Assembly (NCBI GenBank): GCA_965223005.1
Contig: CBDCVK010000002.1
Location: 160,001 to 224,000, forward strand
Origin: Terriglobia bacterium
GTDB taxonomy: Bacteria; Acidobacteriota; Terriglobia; JAJPHL01; JAPKYU01
Reading direction: 5' to 3'
Length of the DNA: 64,000 nucleotides
Numbering within the stretch: the stretch's first letter is position 1; every line of letters begins with the position of its first letter. Below the pieces are notes generated by a model, which searched no databases, had not been told where the DNA came from, and was given only the letters and a program-made list of their open reading frames with translations. The translations under genes and the position numbers were made by a program. Of this stretch, positions 19,570 through 29,100 are shown in pieces.

Positions 19570-20520
19570 TCAAGCCTTGGGGTGGCTGCGGTCGTAGACT
19601 TCCATCAGCTGCTTGACGTTGGTGTGCGTGTACTTCTGAGTGGTGGACAGGCGGGCGTGCCCCAGCAATTCCTGAATGGCGCGCAGGTCGGCGCCGTCGC
19701 TGAGCAGGTGCGTCGCGAAGGCATGGCGGAAGGAGTGGGGATGCAATCCGGCATCGCTGCCGAGCAGCAGCGCATAGCGCTTCACAATACGCCCGACAGA
19801 ACGGGCTGTAAGCCGGCTGCCGGTTTGGTTCAGGAACAGGGCTGGCTGGCTGTCGCCGCTTCCCACGGCCGGGACCGCGGAAGTGCGCGCCGCCAGGTAC
19901 TGCTCCAGGGCGGCAACAGCCTTTCCACCCAGAGGCCCCAGCCGCTCCTTCTTTCCTTTGCCACGCACGCGGACCAATCGGTCGCGCAGATCCAGGTCCG
20001 CCACGTTTAGCCCCACCAGCTCGCCCACGCGGAGGCCACAGCCATAAAGCATCTCCAGCAGGGCGAGGTCGCGTGCCGGCTGCAGTGGGGATTTCGGGGG
20101 CCGGACCTGACGGGCTGCCGTCGCGCCCTTGCCCTTGGCCATCGCGTCCAGGAGACGGTTCACTTCCTCTGCAGTTGGCACAGTTGGCAGGGTCTTGGGC
20201 AACTTGGGAGAAGAGACCAGACGTGCCGGGTTGTCCCGCAGCAGGCCCTCACGGCCCAGAAAGCGGAACAACGAGCGGAGCGCCGCTAGCTTGCGAGCAA
20301 TGGAAGCCGATTTTAGCCGGCCGACGTATAGCTCGCCAAGGAACGAGCGAATGTCCAGATGGGTCAGCGCCTCCAGCGGCGGCTCACCGTCAGGCTGCGC
20401 ACGCAGGAAGGCGCCGAACTGCTCCAGGTCACTGGCGTAATTGCGCAGGGTGTGCGCCGAGCAGTTGCGCTCCACGCGCAGATACTCCAGGTATTGCGCG
20501 GCCGCCGAAGCGAAGTCCAC
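19570..20520 (-). CDS. xerC: Chromosomal tyrosine recombinase XerC
   Basis: LYGCGLRVGEL, VRGKGKKER, HPHSFRHAFATHLL, LGHARLSTTQKY; downstream of trmFO; GTG start inferred. Confidence 0.9.
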   Translation of the reverse strand: MDFASAAAQYLEYLRVERNCSAHTLRNYASDLEQFGAFLRAQPDGEPPLEALTHLDIRSFLGELYVGRLKSASIARKLAALRSLFRFLGREGLLRDNPARLVSSPKLPKTLPTVPTAEEVNRLLDAMAKGKGATAARQVRPPKSPLQPARDLALLEMLYGCGLRVGELVGLNVADLDLRDRLVRVRGKGKKERLGPLGGKAVAALEQYLAARTSAVPAVGSGDSQPALFLNQTGSRLTARSVGRIVKRYALLLGSDAGLHPHSFRHAFATHLLSDGADLRAIQELLGHARLSTTQKYTHTNVKQLMEVYDRSHPKA

Positions 20521-20575
20521 AAGCAATACAGTAGCGGAGAATCCTCTGTCCGCTCCCAAAAGAACGCCGTTGAGG

Positions 20576-21943
20576 TTACAGGGAAAGCACGGTATGGCGG
20601 AGCTTCCACTGCTCCAGCGCAGCCAGCGCGCGCTGACATTGATGAGCGCGCCGCCGCTGTCTGTCTTTGCGTTCCGCTGCGGAAAGCCCTTGCGGTGGAG
20701 GAAGCAGGTCAAAGGTAATGTTGGCGGGCTGGTAGTGATGCGGATTGGCATGGCTGACGTAGTGGCACAGGGAGCCCAGCGCTGTCTCGCGCGGCAGCGG
20801 GACCGGCTCCTCGTCACGGGCACGGGCTGCCGCCTGCCAGGCTGCCACCAAGCCAGTCGCGACCGATTCCACGTAGCCTTCCACTCCACAGATCTGGCCG
20901 GCGAAGAAGATGTGGGGGTGCGTTCGCAGCGCCAGCGTCTGGTCCAGCAAGGCGGGCGCATTGATATAAGTGTTGCGATGAACCTGCCCATAACGCAGGA
21001 AGACGGCACTTTCCAGCCCCGGGATCAGCTGCAGCACTCGCGTTTGCTCACCGAAGCGCAGGTGGTTCTGGAAGCCGACCAGGTTAAAGCTGTCGGCCCG
21101 AAGGTTCTCGCGTCGCAATTGGACCACCGCATGAGGTGCACGCCCGGTGCGCGGGTCGCGCAGCCCAACGGGCTTCATCGGCCCAAACCGAAGCGTGTCG
21201 CGGCCGCGTCGGGCCAGCTCTTCCAGCGGCAGGCAGGCTTCAAAGTAACAGGTCTGCTCGAATTCATGCAGCGGGTAGGACTCCGCAGCTAGAAGCGCTT
21301 CGTAAAAGCGGTCATATTCTTCCCGACTTAGTGGGCAGTTCCAGTAGTCTTCGCCACCTTTGCCGTAGCGGGAGCCGGGGAAGAGCTTGGTGTAGTCCAG
21401 CGAATCGGCGTCCACGATGGGGCTGATGGCGTCGTAGAAGAACAGGTGCTTGCTGCCGGTCAGGCGCTGGATGGAAGCGACTAGCCTATCGCTGGTCAAC
21501 GGTCCGGTGGCGACAATGACGAGGCCGGAGGCTGGAATTTCCCGGACCTCCTCGCGACGGATCGTCACCAGCGGCTGCGACTCGATGGCGGCGGTGACCC
21601 GAGCTGCGAACTGCTCGCGATCCACCGCCAGCGCGTGGCCGGCCGGCACGGCTATCTGGGCGGCGATGCGCAGCAACAACGAATCGAGGCGGCGCAGTTC
21701 CTCCTTCAACAGCCAGGGCGCCGAATTCGGCTGCTCACTCTTGAGCGAGTTGCTGCACACCAGCTCGGCCAGGTACCCGGTTTTGTGCGCGGCGGTCTGT
21801 TTGGTCAACGCGCCCGAATTGTCGTCCGTCGGGCGCATCTCGTACAGCGTGCAGGGGAGTCCCTGCACGGCCAATTGCCAGGCGGCCTCCGAGCCAGCCA
21901 ACCCTCCGCCTAAAATGACGATTTCCGGAATTTCCGCTGCCAC
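20576..21943 (-). CDS. trmFO: tRNA (uracil-54-C5)-methyltransferase TrmFO
   Basis: GGGLAGSEAAWQ, AELVCSNS, FYDAISPIV, FGPMKPVGL, GVEGYVES. Confidence 0.97.
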   Translation of the reverse strand: MAAEIPEIVILGGGLAGSEAAWQLAVQGLPCTLYEMRPTDDNSGALTKQTAAHKTGYLAELVCSNSLKSEQPNSAPWLLKEELRRLDSLLLRIAAQIAVPAGHALAVDREQFAARVTAAIESQPLVTIRREEVREIPASGLVIVATGPLTSDRLVASIQRLTGSKHLFFYDAISPIVDADSLDYTKLFPGSRYGKGGEDYWNCPLSREEYDRFYEALLAAESYPLHEFEQTCYFEACLPLEELARRGRDTLRFGPMKPVGLRDPRTGRAPHAVVQLRRENLRADSFNLVGFQNHLRFGEQTRVLQLIPGLESAVFLRYGQVHRNTYINAPALLDQTLALRTHPHIFFAGQICGVEGYVESVATGLVAAWQAAARARDEEPVPLPRETALGSLCHYVSHANPHHYQPANITFDLLPPPQGLSAAERKDRQRRRAHQCQRALAALEQWKLRHTVLSL

Positions 21944-22013
21944 AGAGCCATTATATACAGGCCCGTCGCCTACACGTCGCCAGGCGACCCTGGTGCGTGA
22001 TAGATTTGCCCGC

Positions 22014-22529
22014 ATGGAAACTGTTTACTACTCCACGATGAATTCTCCGGTGGGGCGGCTCACCATCTGCTGCTCGAAACGTGGGGTGCTGCAGGTTGCA
22101 GCCGGCCGAAGATTCTCTTCCAGGCCAGGCAGTCTCGACGGCAACCGGCAGCCCCGCCTCCAGTGGGTCCGGTCGAAAAAAAAGACCCAACAGGTTGAGA
22201 CGCAGCTTGCCGAATATTTCGCTGGACGTCGTCGAAAGTTCACGGTGCGGCACGACCTGCGGGGCACACCTTTTCAGCGGAGGGTCTGGGAGGCGCTGCG
22301 CATGATTCCTTACGGTGAGACGCGATCCTACGCCGACATCGCGCGCCGGATCCGCCGCCCGCGCGCTTTCCGGGCGGTGAGCATGGCTAATCACCAGAAT
22401 CCCGTTGCGATTCTGGTGCCCTGCCATCGTGTCATAGCTGCGGATGGCGGTCTTGGTGGGTATGCGAGCGGACTTCGAGTAAAAAACTTTCTCCTCCAGT
22501 TGGAGCGGGGCCGGTCCCGGCTGCGCTAA
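22014..22529 (+). CDS. ogt: Methylated-DNA-protein-cysteine methyltransferase
   Basis: GTPFQRRVW, IPYGETRSY, active-site PCHR. Confidence 0.95.
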   Translation: METVYYSTMNSPVGRLTICCSKRGVLQVAAGRRFSSRPGSLDGNRQPRLQWVRSKKKTQQVETQLAEYFAGRRRKFTVRHDLRGTPFQRRVWEALRMIPYGETRSYADIARRIRRPRAFRAVSMANHQNPVAILVPCHRVIAADGGLGGYASGLRVKNFLLQLERGRSRLR

Positions 22530-22539
22530 ACTGGGTCCC

Positions 22540-23478
22540 ATGCCGGCGCACGAGCGCGGAGCGCATGCTCCCGGGTGGGTGTTGAAGATGGCCACCCTGG
22601 CTACGCTGGCGTTTTTCGGGGTGGAGCTGGCGGCTGGCTACTGGGCTCGCAGCCTGGCGTTGGTGAGCGACGCCTGGCACAACTTTTCCGACGCCCTGGT
22701 TCTGCTGGGCACCTGGTTTGCCTGGCATGTACAGGCCAAAGCCCCTAGCGAAAGGAAAACCTATGGCTACCAGCGAGCCAGTGTGCTCGCCGCGTTCGTC
22801 GCCGCGCTTTCCTTGATAGGGCTGGTGGGGTTTCTCTTCTACGAGGGGTATCGCCGGCTGTTCGTGCTGCCCGCGGAGGCCAATACCCCGAACACCACGG
22901 TGATGATGGCGATGGGGACGGCAGGGGTGCTGATGCACTGGTTCATCTCCTCGGCGCTTCGCCGCGACTCCCAAAGCCAGCGCGCTCCGCGCAGCGTGCT
23001 GATCCACACGTGGGCGGATACGCTGACTGCCCTCGGTATCGTGTTGGTCGCCGTAGTGATCGCCGCCACCGGCCTGCGCGCCGCCGACCCGCTTCTCGGC
23101 ATCCTGATTGCTGGACTGATCGTATGGACCGCCTGGGACATCGTCACCGAATCACTGAACATCCTGCTGGAGGGACTGCCTCGCGGGATCGAGCTGGATC
23201 AGGTGGCCACAGCCATCCGCAGGGTGCCGGGAGTCGAGGACGTGCACGATCTGCACATCTGGAGCCTAGGTGCCAAGGCCCAGGCTTTGAGCTGCCATGT
23301 TTGCATCCCCGACATTCCGCTCCTTGAGAGCGAGGCGATTTTGGGCCAGGTGAATGCGGTTCTGGAACAGCAGTTCCGCATCTGCCATACGACAGTCCAG
23401 CTTGAGCACGTCCCCTGCGAGGCGGCAAATGGTTGCCGGATCCCGGTCGGCGCCCGGAGCCACCCTCATCTTCACTGA
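22540..23478 (+). CDS. Cation diffusion facilitator (CzcD/ZitB-like)
   Basis: SLALVSDAWHNFSD, TYGYQR, VHDLHIW, HTTVQLE. Confidence 0.93.
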   Translation: MPAHERGAHAPGWVLKMATLATLAFFGVELAAGYWARSLALVSDAWHNFSDALVLLGTWFAWHVQAKAPSERKTYGYQRASVLAAFVAALSLIGLVGFLFYEGYRRLFVLPAEANTPNTTVMMAMGTAGVLMHWFISSALRRDSQSQRAPRSVLIHTWADTLTALGIVLVAVVIAATGLRAADPLLGILIAGLIVWTAWDIVTESLNILLEGLPRGIELDQVATAIRRVPGVEDVHDLHIWSLGAKAQALSCHVCIPDIPLLESEAILGQVNAVLEQQFRICHTTVQLEHVPCEAANGCRIPVGARSHPHLH

Positions 23479-23532
23479 TAAGCAGCTTTGAGGTGTTCGA
23501 AGTCGGCCGTCGGGTAGCAGCCCGGCACCCGA

Positions 23533-24324
23533 TTAGTTTACCCAGCGATCTTTGTCGGGGGGGTCTTCGCGCTCGACCTGGCGCATGTAAACTTCGAACT
23601 TTCTCCGGGCGCGGCGTAGCCTCCAGCGTTGATAAGCGCCCTTCAGGTCGAGGCTCGAGGAGCGGGAAGGGCGGCGGGAGGCATAGCTCAACGCCCGGCC
23701 CCTCAGGAAGTACTTGATGTAAACAAAGCCGTAGGCCATGCCTCCCAGGTGGGCGATGTGGCTGATGGTGCTCCCGGGTTGCGTGCGCTGCAAGAAGAAT
23801 TCGATGCATGCCAGCAGGATGACGAAGTACTTGGCGGGCATGCGGAAGAAGAACATAAACCAGATAGGCGCGTCGGGAAATAGCAAGCCAAAGGCCAGGA
23901 TGAGACCATAGATGGCGCCAGAGGAGCCGATCGTGGCTGTGTAGAGCGCCTGTCGTGTCCCCTCCATCAGGCCCGCCAGCACCACTGCCACTCCCGCGGC
24001 CACTCCGCAGGCCAGGTAGTAGCGTGTGAAGCGGCGCGTCCCCCAGGTCTGCTCCACCGTTGTTCCGAACATCCACAGGAAGAGCATGTTGAACAGGAAA
24101 TGCCAAAGATCCCCGTGGAAGAACATGTAGGTGAAAGGCTGCCAGATCATTCCCCGCACGGCTTGTCCAGGTACCAGCAAAAGCCACAGGCGGCTTGGAT
24201 TAATGCCCAGCAGGGCCGGGATCACAAACAGCACGGCATTGACGATCAGCAGGAGCTTTACGGCCGGCGTCATGGTGAACCCGCCGAAGCCCATGGAAGA
24301 GGTGGTGCGGTAGTAGGCGCCCAT
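23533..24324 (-). CDS. Rhomboid intramembrane serine protease
   Basis: WQPFTYMFFH, HFLFNM, GSSGAIYG, AHLGG. Confidence 0.93.
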   Translation of the reverse strand: MGAYYRTTSSMGFGGFTMTPAVKLLLIVNAVLFVIPALLGINPSRLWLLLVPGQAVRGMIWQPFTYMFFHGDLWHFLFNMLFLWMFGTTVEQTWGTRRFTRYYLACGVAAGVAVVLAGLMEGTRQALYTATIGSSGAIYGLILAFGLLFPDAPIWFMFFFRMPAKYFVILLACIEFFLQRTQPGSTISHIAHLGGMAYGFVYIKYFLRGRALSYASRRPSRSSSLDLKGAYQRWRLRRARRKFEVYMRQVEREDPPDKDRWVN

Positions 24325-24552
24325 TGAAAAGTCGCGGCCCAGGCGACAAGCATCTTTGCCTATCCCTACCAGGATAGAAAAATTACTCGCGCCTGTCGAA
24401 CAAAATTCCACTCCGTCGCGCCGAGAAACCGCCCGGCAGTGCCCTGTCGGCCGCACCATCCCGAGAGTTGCCCCGCGCAGCGTAAGGAATCACCGACGCG
24501 GGCCTACGGTATAGTCCCCGCATAGTCGCGGTATAGTTGACAGAGTAACTCT

Positions 24553-25404
24553 ATGGCTGCCCAGCTCACCGAAATCCGCGCCCGCGGCATTCTGACGGCC
24601 CAACACAAGGGGTTCCTGGCCGGCTACACGCACTCGTTGAATCCTTATGTGGGTTGTGCCTTCGGCGCCCGCGGTAGTTGCCCGTTCTGCTACGTGCGCG
24701 CTCTGCCGGTAGCACAGGCCGGAGGTGGGCGCGACTGGGGCGACTGGGTGCTGGCCAAGACGAACGCTGCTGAGCTGCTTCGCCGGGAGCTGTCCCGTCT
24801 CAACGCCCGCGGCATACGGCCCCGCATTTTCTTTTCTTCCAGTACCGATCCCTACCAGGGAGCCGAAGCGCGCCTGCGCCTGACACGCGGGCTGCTGGAA
24901 GTGCTGGTAGAGATGCCGGAGGTCTTTGAGGTGGTGCTGCTGCAGACGCGCTCCCCGCTGGTGGAACGGGACCTGGACCTGCTGGTGAGCCTCCGCGATC
25001 AGCTCTGGGTTTCCTTCACACTGGAGACCGACGATGAGCGAGTCCGCCAGGAGCTGACGCCGTTGAGCCCTTCGGTCCAGCGGCGGCTGGACACGCTGGA
25101 GCGATTGACGCGGGCTGGATTGCGGGTGCAGGCGGCAGTGGCGCCGGTGCTACCCTGTGATCCTGCTCGCCTTGCCGCTCTGCTGGAAGGCCGGGTCACC
25201 CGCGTGCTGGTGGACACCTTCTTTGCCGGCGATGGCAGCGGCGGTCGCCGTACCACCCGGCTGGGTGTAGACGAGCTGTTGGCGCGGCTCGGCTACGCTG
25301 ACTGGTTTACCCCTGACGCTCATCTAGGCTTGCTGGAGGCGCTGTCACGCCACTTCCCTCCGGACAGGATCGTCTTCAGCCAGCAAGGCTTCGCCTCGGT
25401 GTAG
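24553..25404 (+). CDS. Radical SAM protein, spore-photoproduct-lyase-like family
   Basis: SLNPYVGC...CPFCYV, SSSTDPYQ, QTRSPLVERD. Confidence 0.85.
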   Translation: MAAQLTEIRARGILTAQHKGFLAGYTHSLNPYVGCAFGARGSCPFCYVRALPVAQAGGGRDWGDWVLAKTNAAELLRRELSRLNARGIRPRIFFSSSTDPYQGAEARLRLTRGLLEVLVEMPEVFEVVLLQTRSPLVERDLDLLVSLRDQLWVSFTLETDDERVRQELTPLSPSVQRRLDTLERLTRAGLRVQAAVAPVLPCDPARLAALLEGRVTRVLVDTFFAGDGSGGRRTTRLGVDELLARLGYADWFTPDAHLGLLEALSRHFPPDRIVFSQQGFASV

Positions 25405-25491
25405 CGGGATGCCGGGATCGCAGCGCCCAGTCCTTCTTGCCGCTTGCCAGAAACCTAGCCATCACGCAAAGCCATTACTCAGGCAGGGCCG

Positions 25492-26187
25492 CTACTCAGG
25501 CCAAGCTTGTTTTCCGACCAGAGGAACGAAGCGGCATTCGTTGATTGCGCGCCCGGTCAATTGCCCGGAAGTCTTGCGCAGCAGGCGGAGGATCTGGGTG
25601 TGGCGGTCCCCCACCGGAATCACCAAGCGGCCCCCTTCGGCCAGTTGCTGCTCCAGGCTGGGCGGCACGGCGGGCGCGCCGGCTGCCACCAGAATACCGT
25701 CGTAGGGCGCCGCGGGCGCGTAGCCTTCGCTGCCGTCTCCCGCGAGGAACTCGATGCGTTCGGCAGCGGCAAAGCCGACGGCTCGCAGGCGCTCCAGGGT
25801 GCGGCGCGCACTTTCCTGCAACTCCTGCTCCCGCTCGATGGTATAGACGCGCGCAGCCAGCGTCGCCAGCACCGCGGCCTGGTAGCCAGAGCCGGTGCCC
25901 ACTTCCAGTACTTTCTCGGAACCGCGCAATTCCAGTGCTTCGGTCATGACGGCTACCATGTAGGGCTGCGAGACCGTCTGGCCGACTCCAATGGAGACAG
26001 GCCGGTCTTCGTAAGCGTGCACGCGATACTCGGGGAAGATGAATTCATGCCGCGGCACGGCCCGCATAGACTCCAGCACTCGCGGGTCGCGGATCCCGCG
26101 CCCGCGGAGCTGACGCTCCACCATTCGGGCCCGCCGCTGCGCATACTCAGCTTCGCCTTTGGACGCGCCGTTGTTTCTGAACCACAC
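25492..26187 (-). CDS. pcm: Protein-L-isoaspartate O-methyltransferase
   Basis: VPRHEF, GQTVSQPYMV, VLEVGTGSGYQAA, APYDGILV; start uncertain. Confidence 0.95.
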   Translation of the reverse strand: MWFRNNGASKGEAEYAQRRARMVERQLRGRGIRDPRVLESMRAVPRHEFIFPEYRVHAYEDRPVSIGVGQTVSQPYMVAVMTEALELRGSEKVLEVGTGSGYQAAVLATLAARVYTIEREQELQESARRTLERLRAVGFAAAERIEFLAGDGSEGYAPAAPYDGILVAAGAPAVPPSLEQQLAEGGRLVIPVGDRHTQILRLLRKTSGQLTGRAINECRFVPLVGKQAWPE

Positions 26188-26194
26188 AAGCGTA

Positions 26195-29100
26195 TCAGCG
26201 GAACTGCTTTCGCCACTTGAAGTCGACCCCGAACAATCCGTTGCGGTCGCGGACCGCATTCAACGACCAGCGGCGGTTGATGGTCCACTCCAATTGAATC
26301 ACCTGCTGCTGGGTGGAAGTCAGGTTGGTGACGTAGGTGAGCCTGACGTCGGGCGTCACCTGCTGCTCCACGGTGAGTTGAGCTCCCGGGCTGGTTTCTG
26401 GGCCCCCGACGTGCGGGGCAATCTTCACGCGACCCCCGCCGAAAAGGCGCTCGATGCGGCTGCCCACTGCCGCGTTGAGCGCCTGCTCCAGGATGGCACT
26501 TGTGGCGAGGGTCGGGAATGATTGCGTCGGCTGTGTGACGGTGCCGCCCTCCTGCGCCCGGCCGGTGATCAGCAGCGCCTGAACGTCGCTGCTGGGCAGC
26601 GGCGGCTCCGAGCGATAGGTGATGTTGAGTCTGTCGAGAGGTCCGTTAAGCGCGACGAAAATCTCGAACTGTTGCGCGCGGGTCTGCAGGTGCAGGTTAA
26701 CTACAGGCTCGATGCGGAACGGGTTGACGAAGCTGATGTCGCCGGGGTTGACGATGTAACGGGTTCCGGCAAACAGAATCTCTCCCTGCGACAGTTCCAC
26801 TCGGCCAATGATGGCGGGCCGGGCAACGGTTCCACGCAGTCGCAGGTTGGCCAGCACCTGCAAGTCGCGGGCCGACGCCAATTCCAGGCGCAGATTGGGG
26901 GAGGAGGTCACCCGGACGTCCAGTTGCATCGTGTCGAGCAGGGGAGAGGTGACGAGGGTGGGGCCACGCGCCCGGACGAGGCCAAGGGATCTGGCCAGGT
27001 CAAAGCGCGGATTAAAACTCGCGCGGGTTACCACCGCTTCACCAGCCAGCACGCTGTGCTGCGCTGTCCCGTCCAGGTTCAGGCTGGCATTGAGCAGCGA
27101 GCTGGTGCCCTCGGGATGGCGCACGCGAACTCCTTCCGCCTCGGCGCGCAGGCGCAACACCGGCGGACTATTGGCGTATTCCATAAAACCGCTCAGATGC
27201 ACCTTGCCGCCGCCAGCCTCGGCCGTAAGCTTCTCGATGCGGACCCTCTGAATGTCGAAGAGCAGCGAGCCTTCCATTTTGCTGAGACCGGTGGAAAACC
27301 CCCTGAGCGCCATGCCGCCATTGTAGATTTGGGCGCGCCCCTTCAGCAGGGGGCGCTGGAGCGTTCCGGTGGCTGTCGCATCCAGCCGCAGCTTCCCAGA
27401 CCCGATCAACTCCGGGTTCAGGGTACGCAGAAGAGCCATGTTCATTTCGCCGTTGGCGCGGAGCTCGAGGGTACGCGTGGCCGGAGGCCCCGTCACACGC
27501 AGCCAGCCGGCCACAGAGAGGTTGGTCTGAGTGCCCGCCAGGCGGGCCGCCTCAATCTGGATTCGCCCGTCCCGAAAGGAGGCACGTAGGGGCCCTTTGT
27601 TGCGCAGTTCAACTTGCTCAAGCGCAGCCTGGAGCTCGCTGATTTCGGTAGCCACCAGCAGCGATTCCGGCTTCTTCAGCGGCCCAGAGATGTTGATCCA
27701 GCCTGTAGTGGTACTGTGCGACGTCAGGTGACCACCGAAGGCCTTTTCGAACAGGGGGTCCAGGTCCACGCCGGTCAACTCCACACGACCCTGGGCAGGG
27801 AATCCGCCGCTCAGCTGAACCGACATGGTTCCAGCAATGTTGCCCCGGACGAGCTGGGATTTCAGGCGCGCTTCGAGCAGGCCGTCGCGCGTCTCGGCTG
27901 ACGCCGTCAGCTTGCCCATGCGTTCCCCATTCACTTCCAGGTCTGAGACTTCGACCGCCGCCTCGAGCCGTGGCCGCTCCGGCACGCCCGCCCCGGAAGC
28001 GCGGAACCCCACTTGGCCACCTAAGACGAAGCGAGGGGAGCGAAGCAGGCTGATTTCGTTCAGGGCCAGGCCTGCACCGCCAAGCTGGAACTGGTAGGTG
28101 CCGTCGGCTGGGCGATACTTAGCTTCCCCGGTAATTTTGGCCGAGCCCTTTGTGAGTTCGATATCAGCGATCCGCAGCTCGCCCTGCGCGAAATTCAGCT
28201 TGCCCCGCAGGGCATCAAACGGCTCGCCCGCCAGCGTACCGCTAGTGACCCGCACGCAAGCGCTGCCTTGCGGGTTGCGCTTGGTCCCCTCGGCTCGGAG
28301 CGTGGTGGACACTCGTCCCGTCAACGGATACGGTGTACCCGTCCGCCCGGCTAAGTCGGCCAGATCCGCGTCTTCCGCCTCCGCCTCCAAGTTGAAGATG
28401 CTGGCCTCGGTGAATTCACCCTGGGTGAGCTGGGCAGTAAAGTTTAGTCGTACGACGGAGCCACCCCGCCGCAACTGCGCTTCGGTCAATCGGAGCAAGT
28501 TGGGCGAGTAGACCAAGGTGGTGGCGAACCCTGTCCAGTGCGTCTTTCCATAGCGGAAATCCGCCGCCTCCAGACGCCCCTCCAAACGCGGCGCGGGCCC
28601 AGAACCGCGGATCGTCCCCTGGAGTTGTGCCCGTCCTTGGAGTTCAAGCGCAATCGGCGCCTCCTCTGGCAGCTGGACGGCAAACAGCGGCGCCCATTCC
28701 TGCGAGCTGGTGGTGGAAAGGTTCAGTTGAAGGTCGTGCTCAGAGCTTGGACCGGTCGCCCACACGCCCTCGGCGGAAATACGCGAGCCGGGAGTTTCGA
28801 GGGAAATGTTGCGCAATGCCAACTGCCCGGCACTCGAAGCATAGGTGAGCTCTCCTCGGCCGGAGACGGGCAGAACCCCTGGCGGTGCTGCGCTTGGCGG
28901 CCGTACCAAGAACTTCGATTCCACCTCCAGGTCCGGTGTTGCGTCGCGGCCGACCAAGAGAAACTGGGCATTGATGTCGCCGTCCACCGCGCCGGCCCAC
29001 AGAAGTTTGGACAGCGGCCGTTGGGATGTGGTGAGCGAGCGCATCAGATCAGGAACACTGAGGCCGCGAGCTTGGACGGCCAGGCTCATTTTTGGCTGCT

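Noticed and set aside
19570-20520. Integron integrase or mobile-element integrase
   Set aside because: No IntI-specific insertion seen; trmFO-xerC synteny indicates housekeeping XerC
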